Shown piece by piece: positions 21,714 to 32,413 of a DNA stretch of 64,000 bases. The stretch covers positions 4,796 to 68,795 of the forward strand of contig JAIQGD010000002.1 in assembly GCA_020072765.1 (NCBI GenBank). The letters are read 5' to 3'. The position numbers and the translations under genes were made by a program. Position 1 is the stretch's first letter, and each line of letters starts with the position of its first letter. The stretch is from Terriglobia bacterium (GTDB lineage Bacteria > Acidobacteriota > Terriglobia > Acidiferrales > UBA7541). The notes under the pieces are model-generated. The model was not told the DNA's origin. It worked only from the letters and a program-made list of their open reading frames with translations, and made no database searches.

Positions 21714-23054
21714 ATGGACAAGCAGTGGGAAGCGCTGACACCGGCGCAGAGATTCCAGGAGCGCGCCCGGCAGTGGAAGTTTCCGGAGGGAGTCGAGTTC
21801 GCCACCCCGGAGGCCGCGCAGGCCTATGAGCAGCGCGTGCAGCGGTTTCTCGATGTCGTCCAGCTCCGCAAGCCCGACCGCATTCCCGTCTGCCCTTCGG
21901 CCGGATATTTTCCCTTCCACTATGCCGGCGTGACGGCCTGGGAGGCGATGTACGATTACGAACGCCTCGGCTTCGCCCTCAAGAAATATCACTCCGATTT
22001 TCTGCCGGATAACCGCGCCGGCTCGATGCTCTACGGCCCCGGCAAAGTCTTCGAGATTCTCGATTACCAGCTCTATCGCTGGCCCGGCCACGGCCTTCCG
22101 CCGGAAACGCATTTTCAGTGCGTCGAAAACGAATACATGCACGCCGACGAGTACGACCAGCTGACCACCGATCCGACCGATTTTTTCATCCGCACTTATT
22201 TGCCGCGTGTGTTTGCCAGCCTGGGCCCGCTCCAGCAGATGGAAAATCTTACGGACATCCAGGAGCTGCCCTACACCGCTCCGGTGTTTGTACCCTTTGG
22301 ATTGCCGCAGGTGCAGGAGGCCTGCAAGCGGCTGATGGAAGCCGGCACCGCCGCGCTGGAATGGATTCAGGCGTGCGCCAAGATCGACCGCTGGACCACC
22401 ACGACGCTGGGCATTCCGGGATTTGCCGGCGGCTACTCGAAAGCGCCGTTCGACATGGTGGGCGATACGATGCGGGGCACGCGCGCCGTCATGCTCGATC
22501 TGCACCGGCATCCCAAGAAGGTGCTCGCCGCGGTCGAGCGGCTGGTTCCCCTGGCGATTCAGTGCGGCGTGCGCTCCTCGAAGAAGGCCCGCAATCCGCT
22601 CATCTTCATGCCGCTGCACAAGGGCGCCGACGCCTTCCTCTCCGACAAGGATTTCAAGACGTTTTACTGGCCCTCGCTGAAGGCGACGATTCTCGGGATG
22701 GTAAAGGAAGGGCTCGTGCCGTACCTGTTCGTGGAAGGAAGCTACCGCAAGCGGCTCGACGTCATCGCCGACCCCGACATTCCCGCCGGGTCCACGCTGT
22801 GGATGTTCGATCAGATTGACATGAAAGAAGTGAAGAAGCGCTTCGCCGGATGGGCCTGCTTCGGCGGCAACGTGCCGACGTCCACGATGAAAGCCGGGAA
22901 GCCCGAAGACATCAAGACGCTGGTGAAAGGCTTGATTGACGACGTGGGCCGCGACGGCGGCTACATTCTCGGCAACAGCGCGCCGATGTACGATGCCGAC
23001 CCCGCCAATGTGCGCGCCTTCGTCGAAACCGGCAAGGAATACGGTGCCCGCTGA
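21714..23054 (+). CDS. uroporphyrinogen decarboxylase (URO-D)-family protein, MtaA/CmuA-like, function unknown
   Basis: The 446-aa ORF has the overall URO-D-like TIM-barrel pattern (...RIPVCPS..., GADAFLSDKDFKTFYWPSLK, FGGNVPTS...). This is recalled from family resemblance only. Confidence 0.45.
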   Translation: MDKQWEALTPAQRFQERARQWKFPEGVEFATPEAAQAYEQRVQRFLDVVQLRKPDRIPVCPSAGYFPFHYAGVTAWEAMYDYERLGFALKKYHSDFLPDNRAGSMLYGPGKVFEILDYQLYRWPGHGLPPETHFQCVENEYMHADEYDQLTTDPTDFFIRTYLPRVFASLGPLQQMENLTDIQELPYTAPVFVPFGLPQVQEACKRLMEAGTAALEWIQACAKIDRWTTTTLGIPGFAGGYSKAPFDMVGDTMRGTRAVMLDLHRHPKKVLAAVERLVPLAIQCGVRSSKKARNPLIFMPLHKGADAFLSDKDFKTFYWPSLKATILGMVKEGLVPYLFVEGSYRKRLDVIADPDIPAGSTLWMFDQIDMKEVKKRFAGWACFGGNVPTSTMKAGKPEDIKTLVKGLIDDVGRDGGYILGNSAPMYDADPANVRAFVETGKEYGAR

Positions 23055-23056
23055 CC

Positions 23057-23200
23057 GCCGCGGCTCTACATTCAACCCCCCCGCGCCCATTTCTTCCGAG
23101 GCGTTAATGTAGCGCCGGGGCCTTCAGCCCGGCACGATGGCATCACCGAGGCGCATCTTACCTGCCGCGCTAAAGGCCGCGGCTCTACATCCACACCCCC
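23057..23200. repeat. REP-like intergenic module bounded by a 24-nt direct repeat
   Basis: GCCGCGGCTCTACATTCAACCCCC (23057-80) and GCCGCGGCTCTACATCCACACCCC (23177-200) bound the module. The internal GCGTTAATGTAGCGCCGGGGCCTTCAGCCCGGC resembles 8167-8194. Confidence 0.5.
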
Positions 23201-23512
23201 GGCGCACAGGTGTTGCATGAATAGCCGTGCGGGGAGTTCGTGCAACCGCCTGATTACAACAACAATCCATTTCGGGAGTATGGGTAATTTCCGAGTGTGC
23301 CGTGATCGACCGGAATCAGCGGCAAGCGCCACTGGGACTTGCAACTTCCCAGAACGGGACTTCCTAGGGAATCAGCGAGATTCTACTTGTCCGGTTAGCG
23401 CGTTTACGAGCCGTCGACCAATCAATTCACAGCGAGTTACAGTAGAATAGAGCCGTTTCCCAATTCCAAAGGGAAGATCTTGCACTCATCGCTCTAATAG
23501 GCAGGAGACAGT

Positions 23513-25765
23513 ATGACCACTTCCGACCAGCAGTTGGCGGCCACTAGGCAATGGTTTGCGAGTCCCCGGTTCGCGGGCATCGTCCGCCTCTACTCTCCGC
23601 ATGACGTGGTTGAGCAACAGGGCACGATTTCCAGCGACTACACCGTTGCGCGACGGGCAGCCGAGGAGTTCTACACGCGCCTGCGCGAGCTGTTCGAACA
23701 GCGCAGACAGATCACGACCTTCGGTCCCTATTCGCCGGGACAGACGGTTACCCTGAAGCGGATGGGGATCGAAGCCATTTACCTTGGCGGCTGGGCGACC
23801 TCCGCCAAAGGTTCGTTCTCCGAGGATCCAGGTCCGGACTTGGCGAGCTACCCGCTCAGCCAGGTGCCGGACGAGGCAGCCGTGTTGGTCCGGGCGCTTC
23901 TCACGGCCGACAAAAACCAACATTTCGCGCGCACGCGAATGAGCGAAGAACAGCGTAAGGCGACTCCGGCAATTGATTATCGACCGTTTATCATCGCCGA
24001 TGCCGACACGGGCCACGGCGGGGATGCGCACGTACGCAACCTGATCCGCCGCTTCGTGGAGGTTGGAGTTCCGGGCTACCACATCGAAGACCAGAAGCCC
24101 GGAGCGAAGAAGTGCGGCCACCAGAGCGGTAAGGTGCTGGTCGGCGAGGACGAGCAGATCAGGCGTCTGAACGCGGCCCGTCTGCAGCTGGACATCATGC
24201 GAGTGCCGGGCATCATTGTGGCCCGAACCGATGCCGAGGCGGCGACGTTTCTCGAGAATCGTACCGACGAGCGAGACCAGCCCTTCATCCTCGGCGCAAC
24301 CAACCTTGAGCTGCCAAGTTATCGGATTGGCTATCTGGCCATTCTGAGAAAGCTATTCGAACTGGGGGTCGACGTCCGGGGACACCTGCTGTTCGCCGTG
24401 TCGGAAACGGAGTACCGGGCGACCTTTGCTTGGCTGGAACAGGTGGGGCTCATGGCGATGATCGCGCAGGCTGCCCAGGGCCTCACGCATGCGTCGGCAA
24501 CCCAGCTCGACGCGGTGCTCGAGAAGATCGACACGCGCTACATGGAAATCTGGCAGACAGAAGCCGGGCTAAAGACTTATGGGCAGGCGGTCGCCGACTT
24601 AATGGAGTCCCGCGCGGCCGAAGGCGAGCGTTTCGACATGAGCGTCGAGAAATGGCTGGCGTTCTCGAAGCGCGCTTCCTTCTACGAAGTACGCGAGCGG
24701 GCGAAGTCGATGGGGATCCAGGTGGCCTGGGATTGCGAGCTGCCCAAGACGCCAGACGGTTTCTATCAAATTCGGGGCGGGATCGACTATGCCATCGCCA
24801 AATCGCTGGCGGCGGCGCCCTTCGCGGACCTCCTGTGGATGGAGACCAAGACGGCGGACCTCGGGGACGCCGGAAAATTCGCGCAAGCGATCCATGCAGA
24901 ATATCCCGACAAGATGCTGGCGTACAATTTGTCGCCGTCATTCAACTGGGACACCACGGGCATGAGTGACGATGAGATGAAGCGGTTTCCGGAGGAGCTC
25001 GGAAAGCTTGGCTTCGTCTTCAATTTCATCACGTACGGTGGACACCAGATCGATGGCATGGCCGCCGAGGAGTTCGCGACCGCGTTGAAGGAGGACGGGA
25101 TGTTGGCGCTGGCGCGCTTGCAGCGCAAGTTTAGGCTGCTCGAGTCTCCCTATCGGACGCCGCAGACGCTCGTAGGAGGGCCACGGCTCGACGGCGCACT
25201 GACCGCGTCGACGGGACGTACCGCCGCAACAAAGGCGATGGGTATCGGATCAACACAGTTCCAGCATCTGGTTCAGACGGAGGTCCCACCCAAGCTGCTG
25301 GAAGAGTGGCTCGCGGTGTGGCGGAAGCACTGGGAGCATCCGGCGAAGATGCGGGTCGAGCTGCGTCCCCATACGGCCGGTTCGGAACTGTTGGAACTCA
25401 GCGTGCTCGACGAGCCCAGTGGTGAAAAGCTCGCTAACATCATTTTCGCCGATGCCCAGGATCGTCGCGGCCGGAAGTTCCTCTTGGTGCGCGACCAGAA
25501 CACGGTCGCACCGCTGCGCAAGAAGCGAATGATGGCGCTCGTCCAGCTGTTTCTGATCCATCGCTACAAAGCGAGCACCGTGCACTACGTTACGCCGACC
25601 GAAGATAACGAGTTCCAGACACAGAAGATGAAGAGTATGGGGATTTTCTCGGACGTGCAGACAGAAGTTGGGCAAATCATCGTCGCGCAGGTCAACAAGC
25701 AGCATGTGGCCGAGCTGCTCAAGCCTGACGGGGCTGCCCTCTTGGAGATGATCCGGAAATCCTAG
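23513..25765 (+). CDS. aceA: isocitrate lyase, long ICL2-type (750 aa)
   Basis: It has the signature KKCGHQSG, plus [18 protein letters not shown], and a long insertion and C-terminal domain as in mycobacterial ICL2. The Shine-Dalgarno sequence is AGGAG. Confidence 0.85.
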   Translation: MTTSDQQLAATRQWFASPRFAGIVRLYSPHDVVEQQGTISSDYTVARRAAEEFYTRLRELFEQRRQITTFGPYSPGQTVTLKRMGIEAIYLGGWATSAKGSFSEDPGPDLASYPLSQVPDEAAVLVRALLTADKNQHFARTRMSEEQRKATPAIDYRPFIIADADTGHGGDAHVRNLIRRFVEVGVPGYHIEDQKPGAKKCGHQSGKVLVGEDEQIRRLNAARLQLDIMRVPGIIVARTDAEAATFLENRTDERDQPFILGATNLELPSYRIGYLAILRKLFELGVDVRGHLLFAVSETEYRATFAWLEQVGLMAMIAQAAQGLTHASATQLDAVLEKIDTRYMEIWQTEAGLKTYGQAVADLMESRAAEGERFDMSVEKWLAFSKRASFYEVRERAKSMGIQVAWDCELPKTPDGFYQIRGGIDYAIAKSLAAAPFADLLWMETKTADLGDAGKFAQAIHAEYPDKMLAYNLSPSFNWDTTGMSDDEMKRFPEELGKLGFVFNFITYGGHQIDGMAAEEFATALKEDGMLALARLQRKFRLLESPYRTPQTLVGGPRLDGALTASTGRTAATKAMGIGSTQFQHLVQTEVPPKLLEEWLAVWRKHWEHPAKMRVELRPHTAGSELLELSVLDEPSGEKLANIIFADAQDRRGRKFLLVRDQNTVAPLRKKRMMALVQLFLIHRYKASTVHYVTPTEDNEFQTQKMKSMGIFSDVQTEVGQIIVAQVNKQHVAELLKPDGAALLEMIRKS

Positions 25766-25869
25766 CCGCTTGCGGGCGGATGGTCGGCAATCCGGAAACG
25801 ATGCAGCATTTGGCGAATCATCGCCATTGCACGAGTCACGCTCTTAGCCGCTTGCTTGTGCGGTGAGTC

Positions 25870-26637
25870 CTAATTGTTGAGCGAGCCGCCGTCCACCAGG
25901 ATGGTCTGGCCGGTGACGAAATCGCTGGCGGGCGACGCCAGATAAATCACCGTGCCGACGAGGTCTTCGGGGCGCTCGTCGCGCTGGATGGAGCGGCTCT
26001 TGTTCGTAGGGATGCGGACCATCTCCATGAACTCGGGCTGTTGCGCCATCACCGTTTCGCTGACGGTCAATCCGGGAGCGATGGTGTTGACGCAGATCCC
26101 CCACTGGCCCACCTCGCGCGACAGGCAGCGCGTGATGGACAGCACCGCGCCCTTGGAAGTCGCGTAGTGCAGCATCCCGGGGACGCCGCGCATGGCCATG
26201 CCCGTGCTGATGTTGATGATCTTGCCGTAGCCCTGCGCTTTCATGTGCGGCACGACGTGCTTGGCCATCAGGAACGGGCCGCGCGCATTGACGGCCATGA
26301 CGCGGTCCCACAACTCCACGTCGAGCTCCGCGGTCGGAACCGGACGCAGGGCCGCGCACAACGCGGCGTTGTTCACCAGGATGTCGATGCGTCCGAATTG
26401 CTCGGCCACCTGGGCGACAAAGGACCGCACCGAAGCCTCGTCGCTCACGTCGAGTTTCAGCCCGAGGCAGGAGTTCGCGCCGTGCTTTTCCGCAATCTCC
26501 TGGACCGCAGGCGCGCAATCCACCACGTCGCCGATGGCGATGCGGGCGCCCTCGCCAGCCAGTCCCCGCGCGTAATGCCGGCCGATGCCCTGCGCCCCGC
26601 CGGTGACAATCGCAACTTTTCCATTCAGTTGAGGCAT
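25870..26637 (-). CDS. SDR-family oxidoreductase
   Basis: ATG 26637 lies inside the long artefactual ORF 25870..28212. Motifs are TGGAQGIG, NNAA and the catalytic YATSK (255 aa). Confidence 0.85.
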   Translation of the reverse strand: MPQLNGKVAIVTGGAQGIGRHYARGLAGEGARIAIGDVVDCAPAVQEIAEKHGANSCLGLKLDVSDEASVRSFVAQVAEQFGRIDILVNNAALCAALRPVPTAELDVELWDRVMAVNARGPFLMAKHVVPHMKAQGYGKIINISTGMAMRGVPGMLHYATSKGAVLSITRCLSREVGQWGICVNTIAPGLTVSETVMAQQPEFMEMVRIPTNKSRSIQRDERPEDLVGTVIYLASPASDFVTGQTILVDGGSLNN

Positions 26638-26684
26638 TTGCCGTTTCCTCCGATGGGATTCCGAACTCTTCCGCGCCGCTGCCG

Positions 26685-28205
26685 CTAGCGAGCGGGCGGG
26701 CCCGGCGGCCCCGGGGGCGCCAGCAAGTCGTCCGGCTGCGCCGTATTGGCCAGGAAAGCCTGCTTGCGCACGAAGCGCAGGAGGGAGCCGGGCCCGGTGC
26801 GCGCCCCGCCCATCCCGGAAAACTTGAACGAGTTGGATTCGACGTCGCGGGTTTTGGAGAGCGTGAGAAACGTGTCCTGGAGGCTGATCGTTCCGGCGTC
26901 GATCCGGCTGCCGATGCGCCGCGCCTCTTCCTCGCTGCCGGCAATCACGGCGGCCGATAGGCCGTAGATCGAGTCGTTGGCCAGGCGCACGGCATCTTCT
27001 TCGCTCGCGTATTTCATTACCGGCATGACCGGGCCGAAGGTTTCCTCCTGCATGATCTTCATCTCGTGAGTGACGCCGGTAAGCACGGTGGGGCGCATGT
27101 ACAGGCCGCCGCCCAGATTCTGGCTTTTTCCTCCCGTGCGGATGACCGCGCCGTTGGCCACGGCATCGTCGAGGTGCGCGTCCACGATTTCGGCCTGCCG
27201 CGCCCAGCCGAATGGCCCGATGTGGCCCTGGTTGGGGTCCGGATAATTCAGCGCCACCTGCTCGGCTTTCTTCACCAGCAGATCGACGAAGGCGTCGTGC
27301 ACCTTTTCCTGCACGTAGATGCGCTCGATCGAGAAACAGACTTGGCCGGTGCCGAAGCATGCGCCGCGCAGAATGGCGGTAACGGCGCGTTCGAGATCGG
27401 CGGTTTCCGTGACCACCACGGGATCTTTGCCGCCGAGTTCGAGAAACACGGGAATGAACCGGTGGGCGCAGGCCTCCGCCACTTTCCGGCCGTTGGCCAC
27501 GCTGCCGGTGAAGCAGAGGATGTCCACGTTCTGGACGATGTCCTGGCCCGTCTGTCCATCGCCCACCACGTAGGTGAGCACGCCGGCGAGTTCGGGAACT
27601 TCCGCAATCGAGCGCATCAGCGGCTCGACGAAGCGCGGCGTGACTTCGCTCGGCTTGATGATGACCGCGCAGCCGGCGAACAGCGCGGGCACGGCGTCGA
27701 TCAGCGAGAGCATCAGCGGCGCATTCCAGGGGCTGATGACGCCGAGAAGAGGGTACGGCTTCAGCGCCGTGGAGAACGCGATGTGCGGCATGATCGAGGA
27801 TTTGCCCTCGAGACTCGCCCGCTGCAGAACGCCGGGCGCCGCGTTGCTCCAGCCGAGAATGTTTCCGATCACGATCCCCGGACTCATGCGAGAAATCGTG
27901 CAGTAGCCCGTGTCCACAGAATCCGCCTCGGCCAGGGCCGCGCTGTGGATTTTTAGCCGCTCCGCCCACTGCCGCATGACGGCGATGCGATGCTCGAGCG
28001 GCGCGCTGCCCCAGGCTTTCTGCGCCTTCCGCAGCCGGGCGCAAATTTCGGCGAGTTCCGCGGCCGTCGGCGGCGTGATGCTCCGGTCGACTTGCCCGGT
28101 GCGCGGATTGCGGACGGGGATGCTTCTCCGCTCCGCCGGCGTGGCTGCCGGCCCGGCGGCATCGGATGTTGCACGGCCTGGCGCGCTGGGATTCATGTGG
28201 GCCAC
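26685..28205 (-). CDS. NAD(P)-dependent aldehyde dehydrogenase
   Basis: Motifs are FTGSVANGRKV, FLELGGKDP and GTGQVCFSIERIYV (catalytic Cys). The start may be Met-4 at 28196. Confidence 0.85.
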   Translation of the reverse strand: MAHMNPSAPGRATSDAAGPAATPAERRSIPVRNPRTGQVDRSITPPTAAELAEICARLRKAQKAWGSAPLEHRIAVMRQWAERLKIHSAALAEADSVDTGYCTISRMSPGIVIGNILGWSNAAPGVLQRASLEGKSSIMPHIAFSTALKPYPLLGVISPWNAPLMLSLIDAVPALFAGCAVIIKPSEVTPRFVEPLMRSIAEVPELAGVLTYVVGDGQTGQDIVQNVDILCFTGSVANGRKVAEACAHRFIPVFLELGGKDPVVVTETADLERAVTAILRGACFGTGQVCFSIERIYVQEKVHDAFVDLLVKKAEQVALNYPDPNQGHIGPFGWARQAEIVDAHLDDAVANGAVIRTGGKSQNLGGGLYMRPTVLTGVTHEMKIMQEETFGPVMPVMKYASEEDAVRLANDSIYGLSAAVIAGSEEEARRIGSRIDAGTISLQDTFLTLSKTRDVESNSFKFSGMGGARTGPGSLLRFVRKQAFLANTAQPDDLLAPPGPPGPPAR

Positions 28206-28240
28206 CTGGCAAAAATCCTAGGGGTGCTGGAAAGCCCCTG

Positions 28241-28726
28241 CTAACTCTTCCCGCGGACGACGGGAGCCGGACGCTCTCCGGCCCATGGAATCTTATCCTT
28301 GTCCATCCACGCGTTGATCTGCACGGACTGAAACCGCCAGGTGCCGTTCTGCTTGACGCACACGTTGTCCCACGTCCCGATGCCGAAGACGAAATTCGTG
28401 CGGTACTCCGTGTTGTACTGCACGATCGAAAAAAACGCTTTCACGCGCACGCCCGCGCCTTCCGGCGTCATCAGGTAATGATTGGCGAGATGCTGCCGGC
28501 CGAGCCACCACGTGTGGCGGTCGTACCAGAGCTCCTGCACCGCCCGGCGGATCGCCGCATGGCCCTGCATCTGTCCCTGCCACAAATGGTTGAAAGTGGC
28601 GTCCTCGGTGAAGCAGTTCACGAATCCGTCGGCATCGCCCAGGTCCAGGGCCCAGCAATATTTGGCGAAAAGTTCCTGGATGTCGAGCCGGTCTTCCACC
28701 GAGAGCTTCGATCCTGCATCGGGCAT
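28241..28726 (-). CDS. SnoaL-like / NTF2-fold protein
   Basis: The 161-aa ORF has RLDIQELFAKYCWALDLGDADGFVNCFTEDATF..., typical of the SnoaL_4/NTF2-like family. Confidence 0.6.
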   Translation of the reverse strand: MPDAGSKLSVEDRLDIQELFAKYCWALDLGDADGFVNCFTEDATFNHLWQGQMQGHAAIRRAVQELWYDRHTWWLGRQHLANHYLMTPEGAGVRVKAFFSIVQYNTEYRTNFVFGIGTWDNVCVKQNGTWRFQSVQINAWMDKDKIPWAGERPAPVVRGKS

Positions 28727-28846
28727 GGCGCCACCTGCCTTCTGATTTGAAATGCCGGGAGCCGGCGCGACGCCGCGCGCAGGTTCCGGACGACGGGGAT
28801 TGTACGCGCCCAGTCGTGCAAGCGCAATGCGATCGGCGGGCGCGGA

Positions 28847-30040
28847 CTATGACGACGCGGCCGCGGGCTGCATCTTCCATGCGGGTAGGAACGCCAGGCT
28901 CCCCAACCAGCAGACCACCACCAACGCGACAAAGTACAGCCAGCTCCCATTCGACAGCGTGTGGTAATAGATCGCCGGCGTGACAAAGTTCGTGACGGCC
29001 ATGACTTGTCCGACCAGTCCCGAGGCCGCGCCGCCACGGGAAGGATCTTTCACCACCCGCGGCAACAGCGCCATCAGCGCGGCCGTGGCCACGCCCGTGG
29101 TGAACGCCCACAGGACCAGCATTGTCACCGCCGCCGGAAAAGCCACCCACGGCGCATACAGCAGCGTGCCCACGATCACACCCATCACCGCGATTCCACC
29201 GTAGAGCGAGATCGTGCGCATGCCCCGGCTCAAGGCGACCCCCGCCCCGATTCCGCCGGCGATCATCGCCAGATTCGTGAACGCGGAAATCGTGGAGGAA
29301 GTTGCCATCGAGACGTGATGGGTCTGCGCGAAATATCTCGGGATTACCGTGCTCGTGCCCAGGCCCACACTCACCAGCAGGGCATTGGAGATGGAGAGCC
29401 GCATCGGACCCATCTCGCCGTACACCGAAAGAAGTTCCGCGAGGCGCGATCTTTGGGACACCGGCTTGGCCGCGTTTGCCTCCCGCGGAATCACCGGCAA
29501 CAGGCCCCCCAGGAGCACGGCGGCCGCGAAGAGGGCTCCGTGGACGACGAAGGTCCATCGCCACGCCGGCGTTCCCACAAAGGGCACGGCTAGCAGCAGG
29601 CCGATGCCGAAGCCTGCCGGAATGTAGGTGGACCACAGCGACATCGCGTGCACCTGGCGCTTGCCCGTGGTGGTCGCCATGATCAGCGCGGGCGCCGCCA
29701 CCATGATCCCGATAAACTCGAAGCCTTCAATGACCCGCGCCAGGTCGAGCACGAACATCGTCTTGGCAAAGAAGCTGATCACATCGGCGACGATCACCAC
29801 CAGACTCGCGCTGATGATCGCCAGTCGCGCACCGATCAGATCAATGATTCCTCCGCCGATGGTCGCGGCAAATGCGGAACAGACGGACACCAGGGAAATG
29901 GCAATGCCGATCCCCTCGGGCGTGGTGCCCAGGGCGCGCTCGATGTCCCGTTCAATCGGAATGAGCTTGCTGATGGACGCGGCGCACAACACGGAATAGA
30001 GATACACCAGCCAGATCGAGCCCCAGCTCCCAGCCTTCAT
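28847..30040 (-). CDS. MFS transporter
   Basis: ATG 30040 with a GGGAGG Shine-Dalgarno sequence lies inside ORF 28847..30220. The product is about 397 aa with around 12 predicted hydrophobic helices. Confidence 0.7.
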   Translation of the reverse strand: MKAGSWGSIWLVYLYSVLCAASISKLIPIERDIERALGTTPEGIGIAISLVSVCSAFAATIGGGIIDLIGARLAIISASLVVIVADVISFFAKTMFVLDLARVIEGFEFIGIMVAAPALIMATTTGKRQVHAMSLWSTYIPAGFGIGLLLAVPFVGTPAWRWTFVVHGALFAAAVLLGGLLPVIPREANAAKPVSQRSRLAELLSVYGEMGPMRLSISNALLVSVGLGTSTVIPRYFAQTHHVSMATSSTISAFTNLAMIAGGIGAGVALSRGMRTISLYGGIAVMGVIVGTLLYAPWVAFPAAVTMLVLWAFTTGVATAALMALLPRVVKDPSRGGAASGLVGQVMAVTNFVTPAIYYHTLSNGSWLYFVALVVVCWLGSLAFLPAWKMQPAAASS

Positions 30041-30392
30041 CCCGGCCTCCCGGCGTTGCCCGATGAGTCCCATGTGGGCCGCACTATGCCCATTCCCATC
30101 CGGAACTCGGCCGCCGCCGCACTGTATGGGCCCGGTTGCGCGGGTGTCAAGCGCAAACTTCCTCGGCGCGGGCATGCCTTTCGCTCGACCCGTCTCGCAT
30201 TGCGTCCCGCGCATCGCCAATCATCGTCCGTCACTCGTAATCCGCCGTAAGGGCGCTGCTTGCTGCGCCGTGCCCGGCTGCCGGATTTGCGAGAAGTTGG
30301 ATCCTTCCCAATCTCCTCAAAACAATTTGTCATTCCGACCGGAGGGATCTCTCTTCAGCTTCGGATTTCAAGATGAGAACGCGGATGGAGGG

Positions 30393-32084
30393 TCAGGCGG
30401 AGGCGGCTTGAACGGCGGCGCGGTAGCGGACCAGCAGCAGCGTGATATCGTCAGTCTGGTGGGCGCCCCGGGCGAAGTTCTCCACGGATTGGAGAACCGT
30501 CTTTTGAAGTTCCTCCAGGGGAGCCTGGTGCTGGCCGGAAAGAACTTCCCGCAGGCGCGCCACGCCGTACATCTCTTCGTTGGGGTCCATGGCTTCGGTG
30601 ACGCCATCGCTGAACAGGATCAGCGTGTCGTCCTCCTGGAGGTCCACGGTGGTGGCCGTGAAATCGGCCTCGGGAATCAGGCCCACGGGAAACGACCCTT
30701 CGGTAAAGAGTTCGGTGACCTCGCCGCGCCGCAGAATCAGCGGCGACAGATGCCCGGCGTTGATGTACACGAACTTGCCGTTGGCGTGCAGGATGCCGAA
30801 AACCATCGTGGCGTAGCGGCCCACCTCGGCGTGCTCGCACAGAAACTTATTGATGTGGTTGAACACGCGCACCGGATCGGTGCCGATGGTCATGCCGGAA
30901 AGCGCGCCCTGCAGCATAGTGGTGAGCAGCGCGGCGCCCAATCCCTTGCCCGAAACGTCCGCGACCAGAATTGCCGTGCGCTCCTCGTCCAGGGGAAATA
31001 CATCGAAGTAGTCGCCGCCGACGGCGTGGCAGGGCGTGTGCACGCCGCTCACCGCAAAATACGGAAAATCCCGGAATCCGTGCGGGATCAGCGCCTGCTG
31101 AATATCCCGCGCGATATTGAGCTCCTGCTCCATGCGCTGCCGCTCGCGCTCGCGCTCCACCAGCCGCGCGTTGTCCAGAATGCTGGCGGCCTCCACCGCC
31201 AGCGCGTCGAGAATTTGGCGGTCGAGTTTCGAGAACGCCGTGGGGCGGCGGGAATCCAGATAGACCACGCCGAGAAACTGCCCGCGCTCGGGCCGCGCCG
31301 CCGATTCCTCTGAATTGGCGCGGGGATTGGCATACAGCGGGATGGCGATGATCGCGCGCAGCGACTGCGCCACGATGCTTTGCGCCATCTGCAGCGCCGC
31401 GTCGGCCCGGTTCAAATCCTCGGTGATGATGCTGGATTTCTGCTGCAGAGCCTGCCGCAGGGCGGTCTGGCTGGGCGCCAGATTTTCCAGCGGCAGCCGC
31501 ACGCCTCCGCTGCCGCGCGCCAGACGCACGCGCAGCGAGCCCGCGGCATCGGCCTCCAGCAATAGCCCTCGGTCTGCATTGGTGATCCCAATGGCGTGGT
31601 CCAACATGGTGCTCAGCACCGACTCCAGCGGCAACTGCGAATGCAGCAGCGAGGTGGCCTGCAGCAGCACGTTCAGCTTGCGCAGGCCCCCGGCCGAGGA
31701 ATCGTCGCTGGGCATGTTGCCCATGCGCGTTAGCAGGTTCTGCACCGAGGTCTCGCCCCGCGACGACCGGAAAACAATCTGATACGAATCCTCAAAACCG
31801 AACGTGATCGTGTCGCCGCTGTTCAGCGGGCTGTGCTCGATTTTCGTCCCGTTGACGAAAACGCCCCGGCGGTGCCCCCGATCCTCCAGATAGCAGCCGT
31901 CGGCCTCGCACAGAATCGCGGCGCACTGCCGCGAGATGCGCGGGTCGGAAAGCTGCAGGTGATTGCCGGTGTCGCCTCCGCGGCCGATCAGAAACGGAGA
32001 CTCCGTGATGCGCACAAACCGGTGCGAGGCATCCGGGGAGATGATTTCGAGAATGATCTTATCGCTAGCCGCGACCTCAGCCAT
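30393..32084 (-). CDS. FHA-GAF-PP2C(SpoIIE) serine/threonine phosphatase
   Basis: The N-terminal FHA domain reads FLIGRG..NHLQLSDPRISRQCAAI...GVFVNG. It is followed by a central GAF-like region and a C-terminal GGDYFDV...VADVSGKG...FSDGVTEA...DDITLL. Confidence 0.85.
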   Translation of the reverse strand: MAEVAASDKIILEIISPDASHRFVRITESPFLIGRGGDTGNHLQLSDPRISRQCAAILCEADGCYLEDRGHRRGVFVNGTKIEHSPLNSGDTITFGFEDSYQIVFRSSRGETSVQNLLTRMGNMPSDDSSAGGLRKLNVLLQATSLLHSQLPLESVLSTMLDHAIGITNADRGLLLEADAAGSLRVRLARGSGGVRLPLENLAPSQTALRQALQQKSSIITEDLNRADAALQMAQSIVAQSLRAIIAIPLYANPRANSEESAARPERGQFLGVVYLDSRRPTAFSKLDRQILDALAVEAASILDNARLVERERERQRMEQELNIARDIQQALIPHGFRDFPYFAVSGVHTPCHAVGGDYFDVFPLDEERTAILVADVSGKGLGAALLTTMLQGALSGMTIGTDPVRVFNHINKFLCEHAEVGRYATMVFGILHANGKFVYINAGHLSPLILRRGEVTELFTEGSFPVGLIPEADFTATTVDLQEDDTLILFSDGVTEAMDPNEEMYGVARLREVLSGQHQAPLEELQKTVLQSVENFARGAHQTDDITLLLVRYRAAVQAASA

Positions 32085-32413
32085 CTAGGCCACCAAGTGC
32101 CGGTGAGTATAGCACCCCGTGTACCGAGCGTACGCGCATTTTGGGTGCCATCTCTAACTATTTTTTCATTTGACTTTCCTGATAGACACGGGCAGAATTC
32201 CGCGATCTTCATACACTCCCGCGCCTTGCCTGGCGGCCGGCTCTCGCTCGGCGGCCACGCGCGGACTGGGCCTTATAACCAAACCTTGCAGGTTGCCACG
32301 CAACATGCCTTCGGCGGCTATGTGCCCCTAGGCTTGTAGTTTCGCTTGCGGGTAGCACAGCGGAGCAGGGAATTGGTCCGGCACGACACACGAGAACTTC
32401 AACGGGGAAGCAC

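Noticed and set aside
23300-23360. A possible sigma-54 promoter (TGGGACTTGCA) upstream of aceA.
   Set aside because: The GG and GC elements are only about 5 nt apart, instead of the spacing required by TGGCAC-N5-TTGC.
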